DNA from: an uncultured Candidatus Rokubacteria bacterium
GTDB taxonomy: Bacteria > Methylomirabilota > Methylomirabilia > Rokubacteriales > CSP1-6
Assembly: GCA_963789955.1 (NCBI GenBank)
Contig: CAWBMV010000020.1
Location: 32,001 to 96,000, forward strand
Direction: 5' to 3'
DNA: 64,000 nt
Shown here: positions 9,001-17,871 of the stretch, in pieces
Numbering within the stretch: the first letter of the stretch is position 1
Layout: each line of letters opens with the position of its first letter
Notes under the pieces: model-generated
Databases searched by the model: none
What the model was told of the DNA's origin: nothing
Seen by the model: only the letters and a program-made list of their open reading frames with translations
Translations under genes and position numbers: made by a program

Positions 9001-10569
9001 CTCACCTTCATCGCTGGCCAGACCTCGCTCCCCATCCCCGTCACGATCCTCGACGACCTCCTCCCCGACGGCAACAAAACCGTTGTCGTCACTCTCAGCA
9101 ACCCCTCCGCCCACGCCGCCCTCGGCACCATCAAGACCACCACCCTCACCATCCTCGATGCCGAGCAGGCGATCGGCTTCAGCTCCCCGAACTACTCCGT
9201 CACCGAGGGCAGCCCCTCCATCGCCATCCCCGTCCTCCGCGCCGGCCCCACCCCCGGCGGCGTCACCATCACCTGCCAGACCGTCGCCGGCGGCACCGCC
9301 ATCCCCGACGTCGATCACAAGTCCGTCAACACCACCCTCACCTTCGCCGCCGGTAGCCGCCTCGTGAACTGTATCGTCCCCATCCTCAACGACACCCTCG
9401 TCGACGGTTCCCGCACCGTCAACTTGGCGCTGTCCGGCGACCCCGCCCTCCTCATCCCCTCTCGGTCCACCGCCGTCCTCACCACCAGTGACAATGATCA
9501 GGGCGGCGTCCTCCGCTTCTCTGCTGCTACCGCCTCCGTCACCGAGGGCGGCACCGCCACCGTCACCGTCACCCGCACCGGCGTCAACCTCGCCAGCGAC
9601 GTCACCGTCGACTACCTCGTCACCGGCGGCTCCGCCACTGGCGATGGTGTCGACTACACCCTGGCCAACGGCACCCTGTCCTTCGGCGCCGGCGTTACCA
9701 GCCGCACCTTCACCGTCCCTACCGTCAACGACACCCTCGCTGAGGGCCCCGAGACCATCACCATCGCCCTCGCCAACCCCACCGGCGGCGCCTCCCTCGG
9801 CGCCCCGGCCACCACTACCCTCACCATCGTCGATAACGACCACGGCGGGGTCATCGCCTTCGCGCTGGCGACCTACACGGTGACCGAAGGGAATTCGGTC
9901 ACGCTGACGGTCAAGCGGATCGGGGCCAGCCTGGCGTCCAACGTCACCGTGGATTACGCCGTGACCGGAGGAACGGCAACCAACGGCAGCGACTTCAGCC
10001 TGCCGAACGGCACGTTGACGTTCAAGGATGGGGAGACGACGAAGACAATCGGCGTCGCCATCCCCGAGGACGGTATCGCCGAGGGCAGCGAGACGTTTGT
10101 GATGACCCTTGGCAACCCCGGCGGCGGCGCCACGCTTGGCTCACCGGCGAGCACGACCATCACGATTCGCGATGCCGCCCAGGTGCGGTTCTTCAACAGC
10201 CTGGTCCTCTGCAATCCCTCGTGTCAGAACTTCACGGCGCGCCTCACCACGGGCCAGGGTCACGTCTGGGAGTCGGTCAGCAGCGTTGCCTCACCGTATC
10301 AGGCGGTGCCCGAGCCGCAGCTGACGAACCGCGTCGTCGAGGCTGTAGAGTTCGGCATCAGCGTCTCGTTCCCGGGCTCATTCACGATCACCCCGGCCAG
10401 TCCCGACCTGATCGTGTTGAGCGTCGACAGCACGGGCACCCCCGTGCTCCTTCTCTTCGACGAGGGAAAGCTTGCGACGTCCGCCGAGGCCGCCCTGGAC
10501 GGCAGCCTTGGGACCCCGAGCGCGCCGTTGCCACCCGGCGCACGATTCCAGCAGCTCCGGGCGCCGTGA
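6073..10569 (+). CDS. Secreted S8 subtilisin-like peptidase with eight Calx-beta repeats
   Basis: Signal peptide, propeptide, triad motifs VLDTGVD / HGTHVAG / GTSMAAPHVAG, eight FxxxxxxVxE...DY...GTLTF...TIxDND repeats. Confidence 0.93.
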   Translation: MKLRFHLLCSVILVVLSLSLVAGGDSAEPLPIVPASLIQKALAQGQIPVIVRLSIAWTPELSLPSAAHVANQRQAIQTLAGAVKAALRGFNHRVKREYDGLPFLALVIDAQALQALNTLPGIVSEMVEDELSRPQLAESVPIAYQSGPAWPGELDGTGTVVAVLDTGVDKTHAFLSGKVIAEACFSTTGSGATSLCPGGVDSTAPGSGVNCTGAEDCEHGTHVAGIVAGGSTGVSGAGVAPGSKLWAIQVFSRIDDPVLCGGFNPCVGSFTSDQIAALNYVFRNRVMAALGGRAVAAVNMSLGAGAFLSSCDGNTRKPAIDNLRAAGTATVIASGNDGSINAISSPACISTSIAVGSTDDGSLSTTQDVVSFFSNIGPFANLLLAPGQWILSSVPGGFVNLRGTSMAAPHVAGAFAVLRQHAPDVSVTTLFEALRDTGLPIVDTRSGGLETKPRIRIGEALSMLGEVRFGTATFSVAEVDGTATITVVRTGSTAGPATVNFATSNGTAIAGTHYTATSGTLTFNPGESSKRFTVGLVDNTVVNADRTVKLKLTSPTGAMLGNPFTAVLTIVNDDNGGAIAFAGPSFSVDENAGVATITVVRSGTNLASGVTVPFKTANGSAVAPADYTATAGTLTFGAGETSKTFTVPIVNDTLLEGNKTFQVLLGTPGGGGVLGSPSTASVTIVEDDTAGTVQFSAPTFTVNEGAASAIITVTRTGTNLTGGVRVRYAATSGTATAGSDFGAVSNTLTFGAGVTSMTFAVPIINDTTMESPETVNLALTVPAGSAATLGSPSTALLTIQDNDVLVIQFAVAAQSVTEGATASVVVTRANSLSLAVSADYQVTGGTATGGGVDYTLASGTVTFGAGVTSATIKIPTINDTLAEGPETIVLGLQNPTGAATLGARTQTTITITDNDSGGVIQFGLAAYSVAENISSGGFNLTVTRTGTNLASNVSVDYAVTGGSATNGVDYTLANGTLTFIAGQTSLPIPVTILDDLLPDGNKTVVVTLSNPSAHAALGTIKTTTLTILDAEQAIGFSSPNYSVTEGSPSIAIPVLRAGPTPGGVTITCQTVAGGTAIPDVDHKSVNTTLTFAAGSRLVNCIVPILNDTLVDGSRTVNLALSGDPALLIPSRSTAVLTTSDNDQGGVLRFSAATASVTEGGTATVTVTRTGVNLASDVTVDYLVTGGSATGDGVDYTLANGTLSFGAGVTSRTFTVPTVNDTLAEGPETITIALANPTGGASLGAPATTTLTIVDNDHGGVIAFALATYTVTEGNSVTLTVKRIGASLASNVTVDYAVTGGTATNGSDFSLPNGTLTFKDGETTKTIGVAIPEDGIAEGSETFVMTLGNPGGGATLGSPASTTITIRDAAQVRFFNSLVLCNPSCQNFTARLTTGQGHVWESVSSVASPYQAVPEPQLTNRVVEAVEFGISVSFPGSFTITPASPDLIVLSVDSTGTPVLLLFDEGKLATSAEAALDGSLGTPSAPLPPGARFQQLRAP

Positions 10570-10694
10570 ACTAAGCCCGCTCTTGCGGAGTCTTGAGACT
10601 CTAGCGGGATGACCCTGGCCGTTCGCGTTGTGACTTTGCGGTCGCGCTTCGTCGTCATGCTCATCATTCTAGCGCGCTGTGGTGGCCGGCCGGC

Positions 10695-10803
10695 GGCGGC
10701 GAGGGCGACCGCGTCTGGATGACGCGCTCGCGCGGCGCGGTGCTGGTGCGCGTCGCGCCATTCGGCTAGACTCCCCGCCAGCCATCCCACACCGAGGTGC
10801 ACC
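10695..10803 (+). promoter_or_regulatory. Module S remnant plus conserved SBP leader (TAGACT -10-like box, GAGGTG RBS)
   Basis: TTCGGCTAGACTCCCCGCCAGCCATCCC..CCGAGGTGCACCATG; recurs at 4422-4560(-), 20002-20095(-), 25348-25425(+), partially at ~14210 and ~30685. Confidence 0.65.
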
Positions 10804-11784
10804 ATGCGGTTGATCGGGCTCGCGGTCGTGCTCGCTGTCAGTCTCACTCTTGTGCCGCTCGCCGCTGAGGCGCAGCGGGCTGGAAGGGTGTGGCGCATCG
10901 GCTGGCTCTCTCCGCCTCCGGCGGCGACAGGCGCGTCCGAATTGGAGGCGCTCCGAAAGGGCCTGCGGGAGCTGGACTACATCGAGGGACGGAACCTCGT
11001 TATAGAGGCCCGCTGGGCAGACGGTGACCCCGCGCGGCTGCCACGGCTCGCCCGCGCGTTCGTGGAACTCAAGGTGGACGTCATTTGCACCGCCGGGACC
11101 CCTGCGACCCTCGCCGCAAAACAGGCAACCACGACCATCCCGATCGTCTTCGGCCGGGCGGCGTTTCCGGACCGCACCGGCCTCGTCGGGAGTCTGGCGC
11201 GACCAGGCGGCAATCTGACCGGTGTCGCGTTCATTGGGCCCGAGTATGGCAAGCGGTTGGAGCTCCTTCGGGAAGTCTCGCCGAAAATCTCGCGGGTCGT
11301 ACTGCTCTACAACGACCAGAACACCGCAAGCGTGATGGCCATGAACGAAACCCAGGAGTGGGCCAAGGCTCTGCAGGTCGCGATTGAACCATTGGGCGTG
11401 CACGACCGTGTCAGCCTGGAGGCGGCCTTCGCCGCCATTCGCCCCGGAAGGTCTCACGCTCTCATGACGACGGCGGACCCTCTCCTGGCGTCGTTCCGCA
11501 CACTGATTGTGAAATTCGTGAACGGGCACCGCCTCATGTCGATGTATGGCGACCGAGACTACGTTGTGGCCGGCGGACTAATGTTCTATGGGACCAGCAC
11601 GGCGGACATGTGGCGTCACGCCGCCATCTACGTCGACCGGATCTTGAAGGGCGCGACGCCGGGCGACCTGCCGGTGGAGCAACCCACCAAGTTCGAGCTC
11701 GTTATCAACCTCAAGACCGCGAAGGCGCTCGGCCTGACGATTCCGCAATCACTGCTGCTGCGGGCGGACCAGGTCATCGAATAG
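10804..11784 (+). CDS. Orphan ABC transporter substrate-binding protein (ABC_sub_bind-like)
   Basis: [52 protein letters not shown]; no permease or ATPase nearby. Confidence 0.9.
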   Translation: MRLIGLAVVLAVSLTLVPLAAEAQRAGRVWRIGWLSPPPAATGASELEALRKGLRELDYIEGRNLVIEARWADGDPARLPRLARAFVELKVDVICTAGTPATLAAKQATTTIPIVFGRAAFPDRTGLVGSLARPGGNLTGVAFIGPEYGKRLELLREVSPKISRVVLLYNDQNTASVMAMNETQEWAKALQVAIEPLGVHDRVSLEAAFAAIRPGRSHALMTTADPLLASFRTLIVKFVNGHRLMSMYGDRDYVVAGGLMFYGTSTADMWRHAAIYVDRILKGATPGDLPVEQPTKFELVINLKTAKALGLTIPQSLLLRADQVIE

Positions 11785-11787
11785 CCC

Positions 11788-12111
11788 GTGCTCGACAAGC
11801 GCGGACGTCTTCTCGGAGCGGCGCTCGGATTCGCCGGGCTCCCGTTGCCCTCGTACGACCGCGCGCTCCACGCGCTGCGCTCCTGGCTCGACTCCTGGTC
11901 CGGGATAGGGCACGTCCCCGTTGGGCTGCACCGCCAGGGCTTCGATCTCCAACTGACGCAGTACGACGAGTGCGGTTGGCGGGCCACTTTCTACACGACC
12001 GGGATGGAGCACTCGCCCACGAGTGCGACGGGCACCGCGTGGGAGCGCACGCCGTGGCATGCGGTGCACCAGGCGGCGTGGGAGGCGTTGAAGAGGCCAG
12101 AGAGCGGTTAG
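11788..12111 (+). CDS. Backbone family X protein, intact (107 aa)
   Basis: GTG start 3 nt after SBP stop; full family motif through WERTPWHA..AAWEAL. Confidence 0.8.
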   Translation: MLDKRGRLLGAALGFAGLPLPSYDRALHALRSWLDSWSGIGHVPVGLHRQGFDLQLTQYDECGWRATFYTTGMEHSPTSATGTAWERTPWHAVHQAAWEALKRPESG

Positions 12112-12117
12112 GAGGAG

Positions 12118-12288
12118 CCACACCAGCCGCTTCCGCGAAATTGCGGCCGCGATCTCGAAGCTGTCCTCGCGCGCCCTGATGCTCGCCGGCGAGGTGGCGA
12201 TCTACGACCAGTAGCTGCGCTCTCGGTTCGAGTGGCTACGCGAGCTCGATCCGGACGCCGGCGTGACGCCGCCTGTGTTCATGGCGCT
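12118..12288 (+). pseudogene. ATP-dependent DNA ligase fragment
   Basis: HTSRFREIAAAISKLSSRALMLAGEVAIYDQ*LRSRFEWLRE..TPPVFMA, homologous to 29390-29550. Confidence 0.75.
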
Positions 12289-12409
12289 TACTCGCCGAGC
12301 TCGACGCCTTCTTCCATGCTAAGTAACACTTACTCGACCGTCCGTCTCCTGACGGTCCGCCTTCGGCCTCGAAAGCGTAAGTGCCTGGTCTTCCGGGATA
12401 CTTCGACGG

Positions 12410-12425
12410 TGGCATTTCGTCTGCA
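12410..12425 (+). promoter_or_regulatory. Sigma54-like promoter
   Basis: TGGCATTTCGTCTGCA (GG-N10-GC) ~40 nt before ATG 12467. Confidence 0.5.
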
Positions 12426-12466
12426 CTCACAAACTGACAGCACGAAATCCTCGAGAGGAGCGTCAC

Positions 12467-12832
12467 ATGAACATGCGACCGCTCATCGCTGGGTTCGTCG
12501 TCGGTGAAATCGTACTGAGCGCAACGTCGCTCGTCGGGCAAACACTCGACATCAAGCCACCGACCACGGGGCCGGAGATCCGTCCGGATCACAACCAACG
12601 CCGGGGGGACAAATCCTCTGTAGCACGTCCCGGACTGAATGAGCCTCACTTCATCTCACCGTTCTCGGTGAACGCTGACGCGGGACAGCTGGGGATCGCG
12701 GGCTGGACCGCCACGAATCCGAACGTCCCGCCAGGCCATTCCCTGTCGGGGGACGGAGCCGGATCGCTCGGTTTCGGGGTCGCCGCCGAGTGGCGTGCGC
12801 GTCCGAGGAGCGAGAAGACCCTGATTCGATGA
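12467..12832 (+). CDS. Secreted hypothetical protein
   Basis: RBS GAGGAG, hydrophobic N-terminus, ATGA overlap with next gene. Confidence 0.6.
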   Translation: MNMRPLIAGFVVGEIVLSATSLVGQTLDIKPPTTGPEIRPDHNQRRGDKSSVARPGLNEPHFISPFSVNADAGQLGIAGWTATNPNVPPGHSLSGDGAGSLGFGVAAEWRARPRSEKTLIR

Positions 12833-13872
12833 CACCCGAGATGGCGGCCGGTGTCGACGTTGCCCCATCGAACGGTGAGCGCCGTCGCCCTGAGGGCAGG
12901 CATCGGTACTTTCTCGCGCAGAGACTGCGACAGTTGAAGAGCACGGCTCGGTTGAAAATGCGTTGCTTCGCGGTGTGGTCGGTAATGCCCGTGACCGTGA
13001 TCCTGGTCGTGGGCGCGGAGGCGACCGGGGTCTCGGCCCGTGACGGGCGGCTCGTGCCGGGCGGCGACAGCATCGCCGAGGCGGTGACCCATCGCACATC
13101 GCTGGGGCACCTCACGCGACCGGACGGTCGCGAAGAGACGCTTGCGGCGTTGCGGTTCCGATGGCCGGTATACGGCCCGATCAGTTCCGACTTCGGCGCG
13201 CGGCGCCCATCCCGGACGGGATTTCACGCCGGCGTAGACATCGGCGCCAGCCGGGGCACATTTGTTCGCGCGCCAGCGGGCGGCACCGTGGCCTTCGTCG
13301 GGTGGCGTAGCGGCTACGGCAGGACGATTGTCATCGATCACGGTCATCTGATCAGCACCCTCTATGGACATCTCGCGAAGTCGGACGTGGTACGAGGACA
13401 GACGGTCGAGGAGGGGGCCGGGATCGGCCTGATCGGCGCGACCGGGCACGCGTCGGGGCCGCATCTGCACTATGAGGTTCTGGTGAACGGTCGGCCCGTC
13501 AACCCTCGGCTTGTATTCGCTAGGCCACAGGACATCTACGGTCGATCCCGGGTCGCGGCGCGCGAGAACCCCAGCGGTCAGCGGGAGGCCACGTCGATCC
13601 CTTCCTCGACGGACGCCACGAGCAGCTGGCAGGGTTGGCGGCGCGTCGCGCCGTTGCCGCATACCCCCGAATTCGCCGCCTCCGGCGGCTTGATCAGCTA
13701 CGGAAACAGCCTTGCCGATGCGTACCGCCTCGAGGGCAAGTATGCGGGTCGGCTCCTCAAACTGCCGGTGCAGCAGTCGGTGAAGACCGAACTGGTCATC
13801 AAGACTGCGCAGGCCCTCGGGCTGACGATCCCGCAGACGCTGCTACAGCGGCCGGATCAAGTCATCCAGTAG
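12829..13872 (+). CDS. M23 (LytM) peptidase fused in frame to a degenerate SBP C-terminus
   Basis: FHAGVDI (HxxxD), GYGRTIVIDH, TLYGHL, GPHLHYEV (HxH); from ~13666 EFAASGGLISYG..LPVQQSVKTELVI..TIPQTLL. Confidence 0.8.
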   Translation: MTPEMAAGVDVAPSNGERRRPEGRHRYFLAQRLRQLKSTARLKMRCFAVWSVMPVTVILVVGAEATGVSARDGRLVPGGDSIAEAVTHRTSLGHLTRPDGREETLAALRFRWPVYGPISSDFGARRPSRTGFHAGVDIGASRGTFVRAPAGGTVAFVGWRSGYGRTIVIDHGHLISTLYGHLAKSDVVRGQTVEEGAGIGLIGATGHASGPHLHYEVLVNGRPVNPRLVFARPQDIYGRSRVAARENPSGQREATSIPSSTDATSSWQGWRRVAPLPHTPEFAASGGLISYGNSLADAYRLEGKYAGRLLKLPVQQSVKTELVIKTAQALGLTIPQTLLQRPDQVIQ

Positions 13873-13875
13873 CGC

Positions 13876-14199
13876 GTGCTCGACCAACGCGGCCAGTTCC
13901 TCCGTGCGGTTGTCGGCTTCGCCGGATGCTCTATGCCCTCGTATGACCGCGCCCTCTGGGCTCTCCGCATCTGGCTGGACTCCTGGACTGGTATCGGACA
14001 CGTCGCTGTCGGGATGCACCGCCAAGGCTACGACCTGCGATTGACTCAGTACGATGAGCGAGGTTGGCGGGCGACGTTCTATACGACGGGGATGGAGCAC
14101 TCGCCCACCAGCGCGACGGGCACCTCATGGGAGCGTACGCCGTGGCACGCAACGCAGCGGGCGGCGTGGGACGCGCTGGACCGCGCGAGCCGCCCGTAG
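13876..14199 (+). CDS. Backbone family X protein, intact (107 aa)
   Basis: Close paralog of 11788-12111 with the same TAG-3nt-GTG coupling. Confidence 0.8.
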   Translation: MLDQRGQFLRAVVGFAGCSMPSYDRALWALRIWLDSWTGIGHVAVGMHRQGYDLRLTQYDERGWRATFYTTGMEHSPTSATGTSWERTPWHATQRAAWDALDRASRP

Positions 14200-14327
14200 T
14201 TCGGCTCTGGTAGACTCCCGCCGACAAGGTGACGGTGTCGAAGGGCTTTGAACAGCGCACGCGAGCAGGAGCCTGCTGGCTCATGCAGAGGGAAGGAGTC
14301 GGCAGGCGTCCTGTTCGTATCGCGCGT

Positions 14328-14805
14328 CTAGAAGAATCCTCCGATGTGGATCACCATCATCGCCGCCCCATCAAGCTCGACCCTGCCGAACGCATCACGG
14401 CAGAAAAGGGTGACGCTCCCCGTGGTCCCTTCAGGCACGTTGATCCCGCCTATCACGGTGATTTCGTGCGCGTCGCGAGTGAAAGCCGAAAAGCCACCCG
14501 AGGAGCGACTCCCTCCAATCACGCCATTCTGGCCGTTGCGCAACTGGCAGTCCGTAGACATCGACTTCTCGTCTTGTACCCCCTTCCTCTGTGCGCTCGG
14601 ACGATCCAACCGCCGATGCTGTCGCAATGACAACATAATTTCCTGGCGAGAGAGGCTGGTCGATGATTTTCTCGAAGAAGCTGAGATCCCCGCTTTGGAC
14701 AATGTGCCCTGCGAACGCAAAGTGCGCCGTCGAGGCCCCGACTCCGGCTGGACCCGCCGGACCGGCTGGACCCGTGGGCCCCGCTGGCCCGACGAGCCCG
14801 AGGGC
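14328..14805 (-). pseudogene. Collagen-like protein, C-terminal part (5'-truncated, frameshift near 14580)
   Basis: GLVGPAGPTGPAGPAGPAGV then ..PLSPGNYVVIATA / DCQLRNGQNGVIGG..VTLFC..MMVIHIGGFF*. Confidence 0.6.
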
Positions 14806-14834
14806 AACCGAACTGCGCTCACCTTCGTACCGAT

Positions 14835-15009
14835 GGAAGGGTCACTGACCGATACCCTCGGCTGGCTCTTCGGGACTAGCCGCTACCAAGACTGGATTAC
14901 ACGACGATCGAGCAACGGGGCTACCGTGCGCCTGACCGACAGTCAGACTGTTGCGTACCTCTGTGTCCCCGACACCTGGGACGGCCCAAGCGGGCCGAAG
15001 GGGAAATAA
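14835..15009 (+). pseudogene. Family W C-terminal fragment
   Basis: Ends YLCVPDTWDGPSGPKGK*, directly followed by module Z. Confidence 0.65.
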
Positions 15010-15182
15010 AACGACACCGACGCCCGCCTCTGGCACCCCCGGCTCCGCATCAACCGCATTCTGCGCGTGATGCTGCAGACGCGATGGAGCGCGTCGCCGT
15101 TCTGCGGGCCGAGGCGTGACGCCGATCTGCTGGGCTGTTCGGGCGCCCTCAGCGATCATGGAAGATCAGGAGGGTCGAAAGA

Positions 15183-15413
15183 ATGGCATTCGAGATTAGC
15201 TGCCCAATCTGTACATCGCTTGGCACCGAGCGCACGATTGCGGGCGCAATGAAGCTCGCCCTCGCCCACGCGCCCCAGCATTCGCCGGTGTACATAGCCG
15301 GCGACGGGGCCAGGTTCACCATCCGCCACGACGGCAAGCCGGCCATCGAGGTGCGGTTCGACGATGCTCTGCCCGACCTGCACCACCTGGCGCGACCGTG
15401 GGACGAATCCTGA
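15183..15413 (+). CDS. Small C2H2-like protein MAFEISCP.., copy 1
   Basis: CxxC-16-HxxxH, RBS AGGAGG; near-identical to 32492-32722. Confidence 0.7.
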   Translation: MAFEISCPICTSLGTERTIAGAMKLALAHAPQHSPVYIAGDGARFTIRHDGKPAIEVRFDDALPDLHHLARPWDES

Positions 15414-16105
15414 GCCGGCGCCGCGCGCCGCCAACACGCACGTCCAGTTGGCCTCAGTGAGCCACGCGGCGATGCGGTCGGGGACCAAAACGGAGCTCCT
15501 CGACTGCGCCCGAGCCGTGGCGCTGCACGTAGACCTCGCCCAGCGAATTTGATAACTCGCGTTGCGCGGCGCGCTGGTGCGCCCTTCATCGTTTCTGGAA
15601 GCGATCCTCGCGCGTGATGCTCCACACGCACTGGAGCGCGGAGGCGTGGTCCGTGGTCAGGGTCGGGTTCAAGCGGCCGCTCGCGCTGCGGAGCGAGATG
15701 GGGCGCCCTCGTGGCTCGAATTAGATCACTTCACGACCAAGTGCCGAGGTGACGTCTGTCGAGGTTGCGCAAAGCCTCGACGGCATAGGTCCCAAGGTCA
15801 GGCGCGTCCACCAACTGGCCGAGGAGTTTCACCGTCTGGCGGCTCCCCACAACGCCCAGCCAGCGAATAAATATCTCGGGCGTCTCCCTGAGAGACAGCA
15901 CTCCGACTGTCCCCCCAATAAGGCTGGTGAAATTTACGAGTCCGAACTCCAGTACCGTCCGCACCTCATCCGAAAAAACTGAGCAGATCTCATCGAGCGC
16001 GGGTCGAGATTTACACCGAAGAGCGGTCATGGCCGGACGGTGGACATGAGCGAACAGCTTGCGGCTGTCCTGCGTGGTAGCAAGACTAATCCCGGCCGGT
16101 CAGCG

Positions 16106-16133
16106 AGGCGTTCCGCGCATCGCGGAAACGCCT
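16106..16133. terminator. Hairpin just 3' of the tRNA fragment
   Basis: AGGCGTTCCGCG-CAT-CGCGGAAACGCCT inverted repeat ~20 bp from att core 2. Confidence 0.45.
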
Positions 16134-16153
16134 GAGATCGCTGGCGAAGAACT

Positions 16154-16198
16154 TGGTGAGCCGTGTGGGACTCGAACCCACGACCCCCTGATTAAAAG
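16154..16198 (-). repeat. att core copy 2 (junction of islands A and B)
   Basis: Identical 45-bp tRNA-Lys 3' end. Confidence 0.97.
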
Positions 16199-16558
16199 AC
16201 GAGGGCCGGCGATGAGCCGGCCCTTAGTCTTTCTGCGTAGTTCCGCACAACCGTGCGCCGCTGTTCGAGTTCTCGTTGCTCGCCTCGGGGATTGAGAAGG
16301 ACTCTCGGCGCACTCGAGGACTGAAATCGTCGTGTCTCACGGGTGCGTTCAGCGCAAATCAGCGCAAGCCCGGAAATCCTGAGCCCCTGGTCGCTTCAAC
16401 CACCCCGCGCGCCGGATCTCGCTCCGGCGGCGCGAGCGCCCGCTTGAACTCGACTCTGACCTCCGACCACGCCTCCGCGCTCCAGTGCGTGTGGAGCATC
16501 ACGCGCGGGACGCGGTTGATGCGGAGCCAGGGATGCCACAGGCGGGCGTCGGTGTCGC

Positions 16559-16924
16559 TCACTTCCCCTTCGGCCCGCGCGGGTCCACGGTGTCGGGGAG
16601 GCAGACATAGGTGTTCATGATGAGGAGTTCGGGATGGCCTTTTGTCCGCGCCCACAGACGTGGCTGACCGGCCTGATGGTCAATCATCACTTCCGTATTC
16701 GTGTTCTTGGAGTACAAGTCTGAATCCGATCCCAACTTTTGGGTTAGCGCCTGCTCGCAAGCATCCCTCGTGTTCCACGCCGATACTGCCCGCGTCGAGC
16801 CTTCGTGAAGTGGAGGACCAGTAGACTCTTCCCAAAATACCCACGCGCACTCAGCGCAAGCCGTCGCAACAGAGGTGAGCAAGGAGAGGGCGAGGAGCCA
16901 TCGGGCCCTGCTCAGGAGTCTCAT
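16559..16924 (-). CDS. Family W secreted protein
   Basis: Signal peptide + AECAWVFW ... YVCLPDTVDPRGPKGK*; stop runs into module Z. Confidence 0.75.
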   Translation of the reverse strand: MRLLSRARWLLALSLLTSVATACAECAWVFWEESTGPPLHEGSTRAVSAWNTRDACEQALTQKLGSDSDLYSKNTNTEVMIDHQAGQPRLWARTKGHPELLIMNTYVCLPDTVDPRGPKGK

Positions 16925-16931
16925 GATCCAC

Positions 16932-17210
16932 CTACCTCTTCTTTGTCCTTCGAGGCGAGGTGCGTCGGGGCGCTACCTGCGGCGGATCGTCACCGGGCGT
17001 GGTTGAGTGGGCCTTGCGCATCTGATACTGCGGAACCGTTGTGCTGACGGCGGCGCACGCACGGGTATCCGTCGGTCTGCGCGGATGGGCCTCATAGGTC
17101 GAGATGGCATGCCCAAGATCACCCTTTACGAGCAAGGACTGTTTCGCGTACAGCGGTCGCGTGATCGGGACTTCTTGTCCACACTCGTAGCATCGGGCCC
17201 GCCACGCCAT
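16932..17210 (-). CDS. Hypothetical CxxC protein
   Basis: MAWRARCYECGQ.., basic tail; co-oriented 7 nt upstream of W. Confidence 0.5.
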   Translation of the reverse strand: MAWRARCYECGQEVPITRPLYAKQSLLVKGDLGHAISTYEAHPRRPTDTRACAAVSTTVPQYQMRKAHSTTPGDDPPQVAPRRTSPRRTKKR

Positions 17211-17456
17211 GGCGGGATGATAGCCCCGACGAGGTTCAGGCTCGCTTCACGCTGACCTTCTCGTATGCTCCCCACGTGTCTGACAGATCCAGCCCTGTTC
17301 CACGATTGGGTATGCCTCCAGTGCGCGGGCCCGGCCCATAACCGAAGCTAACTGGTCGGGATCTGTCTGCTACGAAATCATCCGGATCAAGGTTTCTGGA
17401 ACCGACTAGGCGCAGGAAAGAGCGGGTTCATGCCGAGTTAGGCCCCTATTCGGAGG

Positions 17457-17472
17457 TGGTCTCCGACTTGCT
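17457..17472 (+). promoter_or_regulatory. Sigma54-like promoter
   Basis: TGGTCTCCGACTTGCT (GG-N10-GC with TTGCT) 30 nt before ATG 17503. Confidence 0.4.
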
Positions 17473-17502
17473 GTCACAACTTCAGCGGAGGAAGAGCTGC
17501 GC

Positions 17503-17871
17503 ATGGAGACCATTCTGGTCGTCGATGACGAGGACCATATCCTAGTCCTCGCGCGAGACATACTTCAGATGAAAGGGTACACGGTGCTCGTTACCGGCGA
17601 TCCCCAGATGGCTCTGCATTGGGTTAAATCGGGCGTTTGCTTCCACTTACTCCTCGTTGACGTTGTCATGCCCCGGATGAAGGGCACGGAATTAGCGGAC
17701 CGCGTCAAAACGCTTAGCCCTCAAACGAAGGTGCTCCTCATGTCAGGCTATTCCGTGTCGGGCGTGGCAGGACGCCCTTTGATCGCCAAGCCGTTCACAG
17801 GCGACCAGCTTGCCGAGAGAGTGCGTGAAGTGCTGACGCAACCCTCTCCGTTTGCTAGACCTCAGTCGTAG
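17503..17871 (+). CDS. Single-domain response regulator receiver
   Basis: ILVVDDE, LLLVDVVMPRMKG, LMSG, IAKPF. Confidence 0.9.
   Translation: METILVVDDEDHILVLARDILQMKGYTVLVTGDPQMALHWVKSGVCFHLLLVDVVMPRMKGTELADRVKTLSPQTKVLLMSGYSVSGVAGRPLIAKPFTGDQLAERVREVLTQPSPFARPQS

Larger units (their letters stand above)
1891..16198. mobile_element. Genomic island A (no integrase), distal member of tandem array at tRNA-Lys
   Basis: Bounded by identical att cores; shares a ~190-bp att-proximal arm and backbone genes with island B. Confidence 0.85.

Noticed and set aside
7216..9883. 875-aa antisense ORF and Pro/Ser-rich alternative-frame ORFs
   Set aside because: Shadows of the C-biased Calx-beta coding strand
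15731..16070. Possible integrase remnant at the right end of island A
   Set aside because: No recombinase motifs; looks like an unrelated gene fragment
1891..16198. Extra tRNA-Lys genes at 1891 and 16154
   Set aside because: Only the 3' 45 nt are present, with no D-arm or 5' acceptor strand; these are att sites
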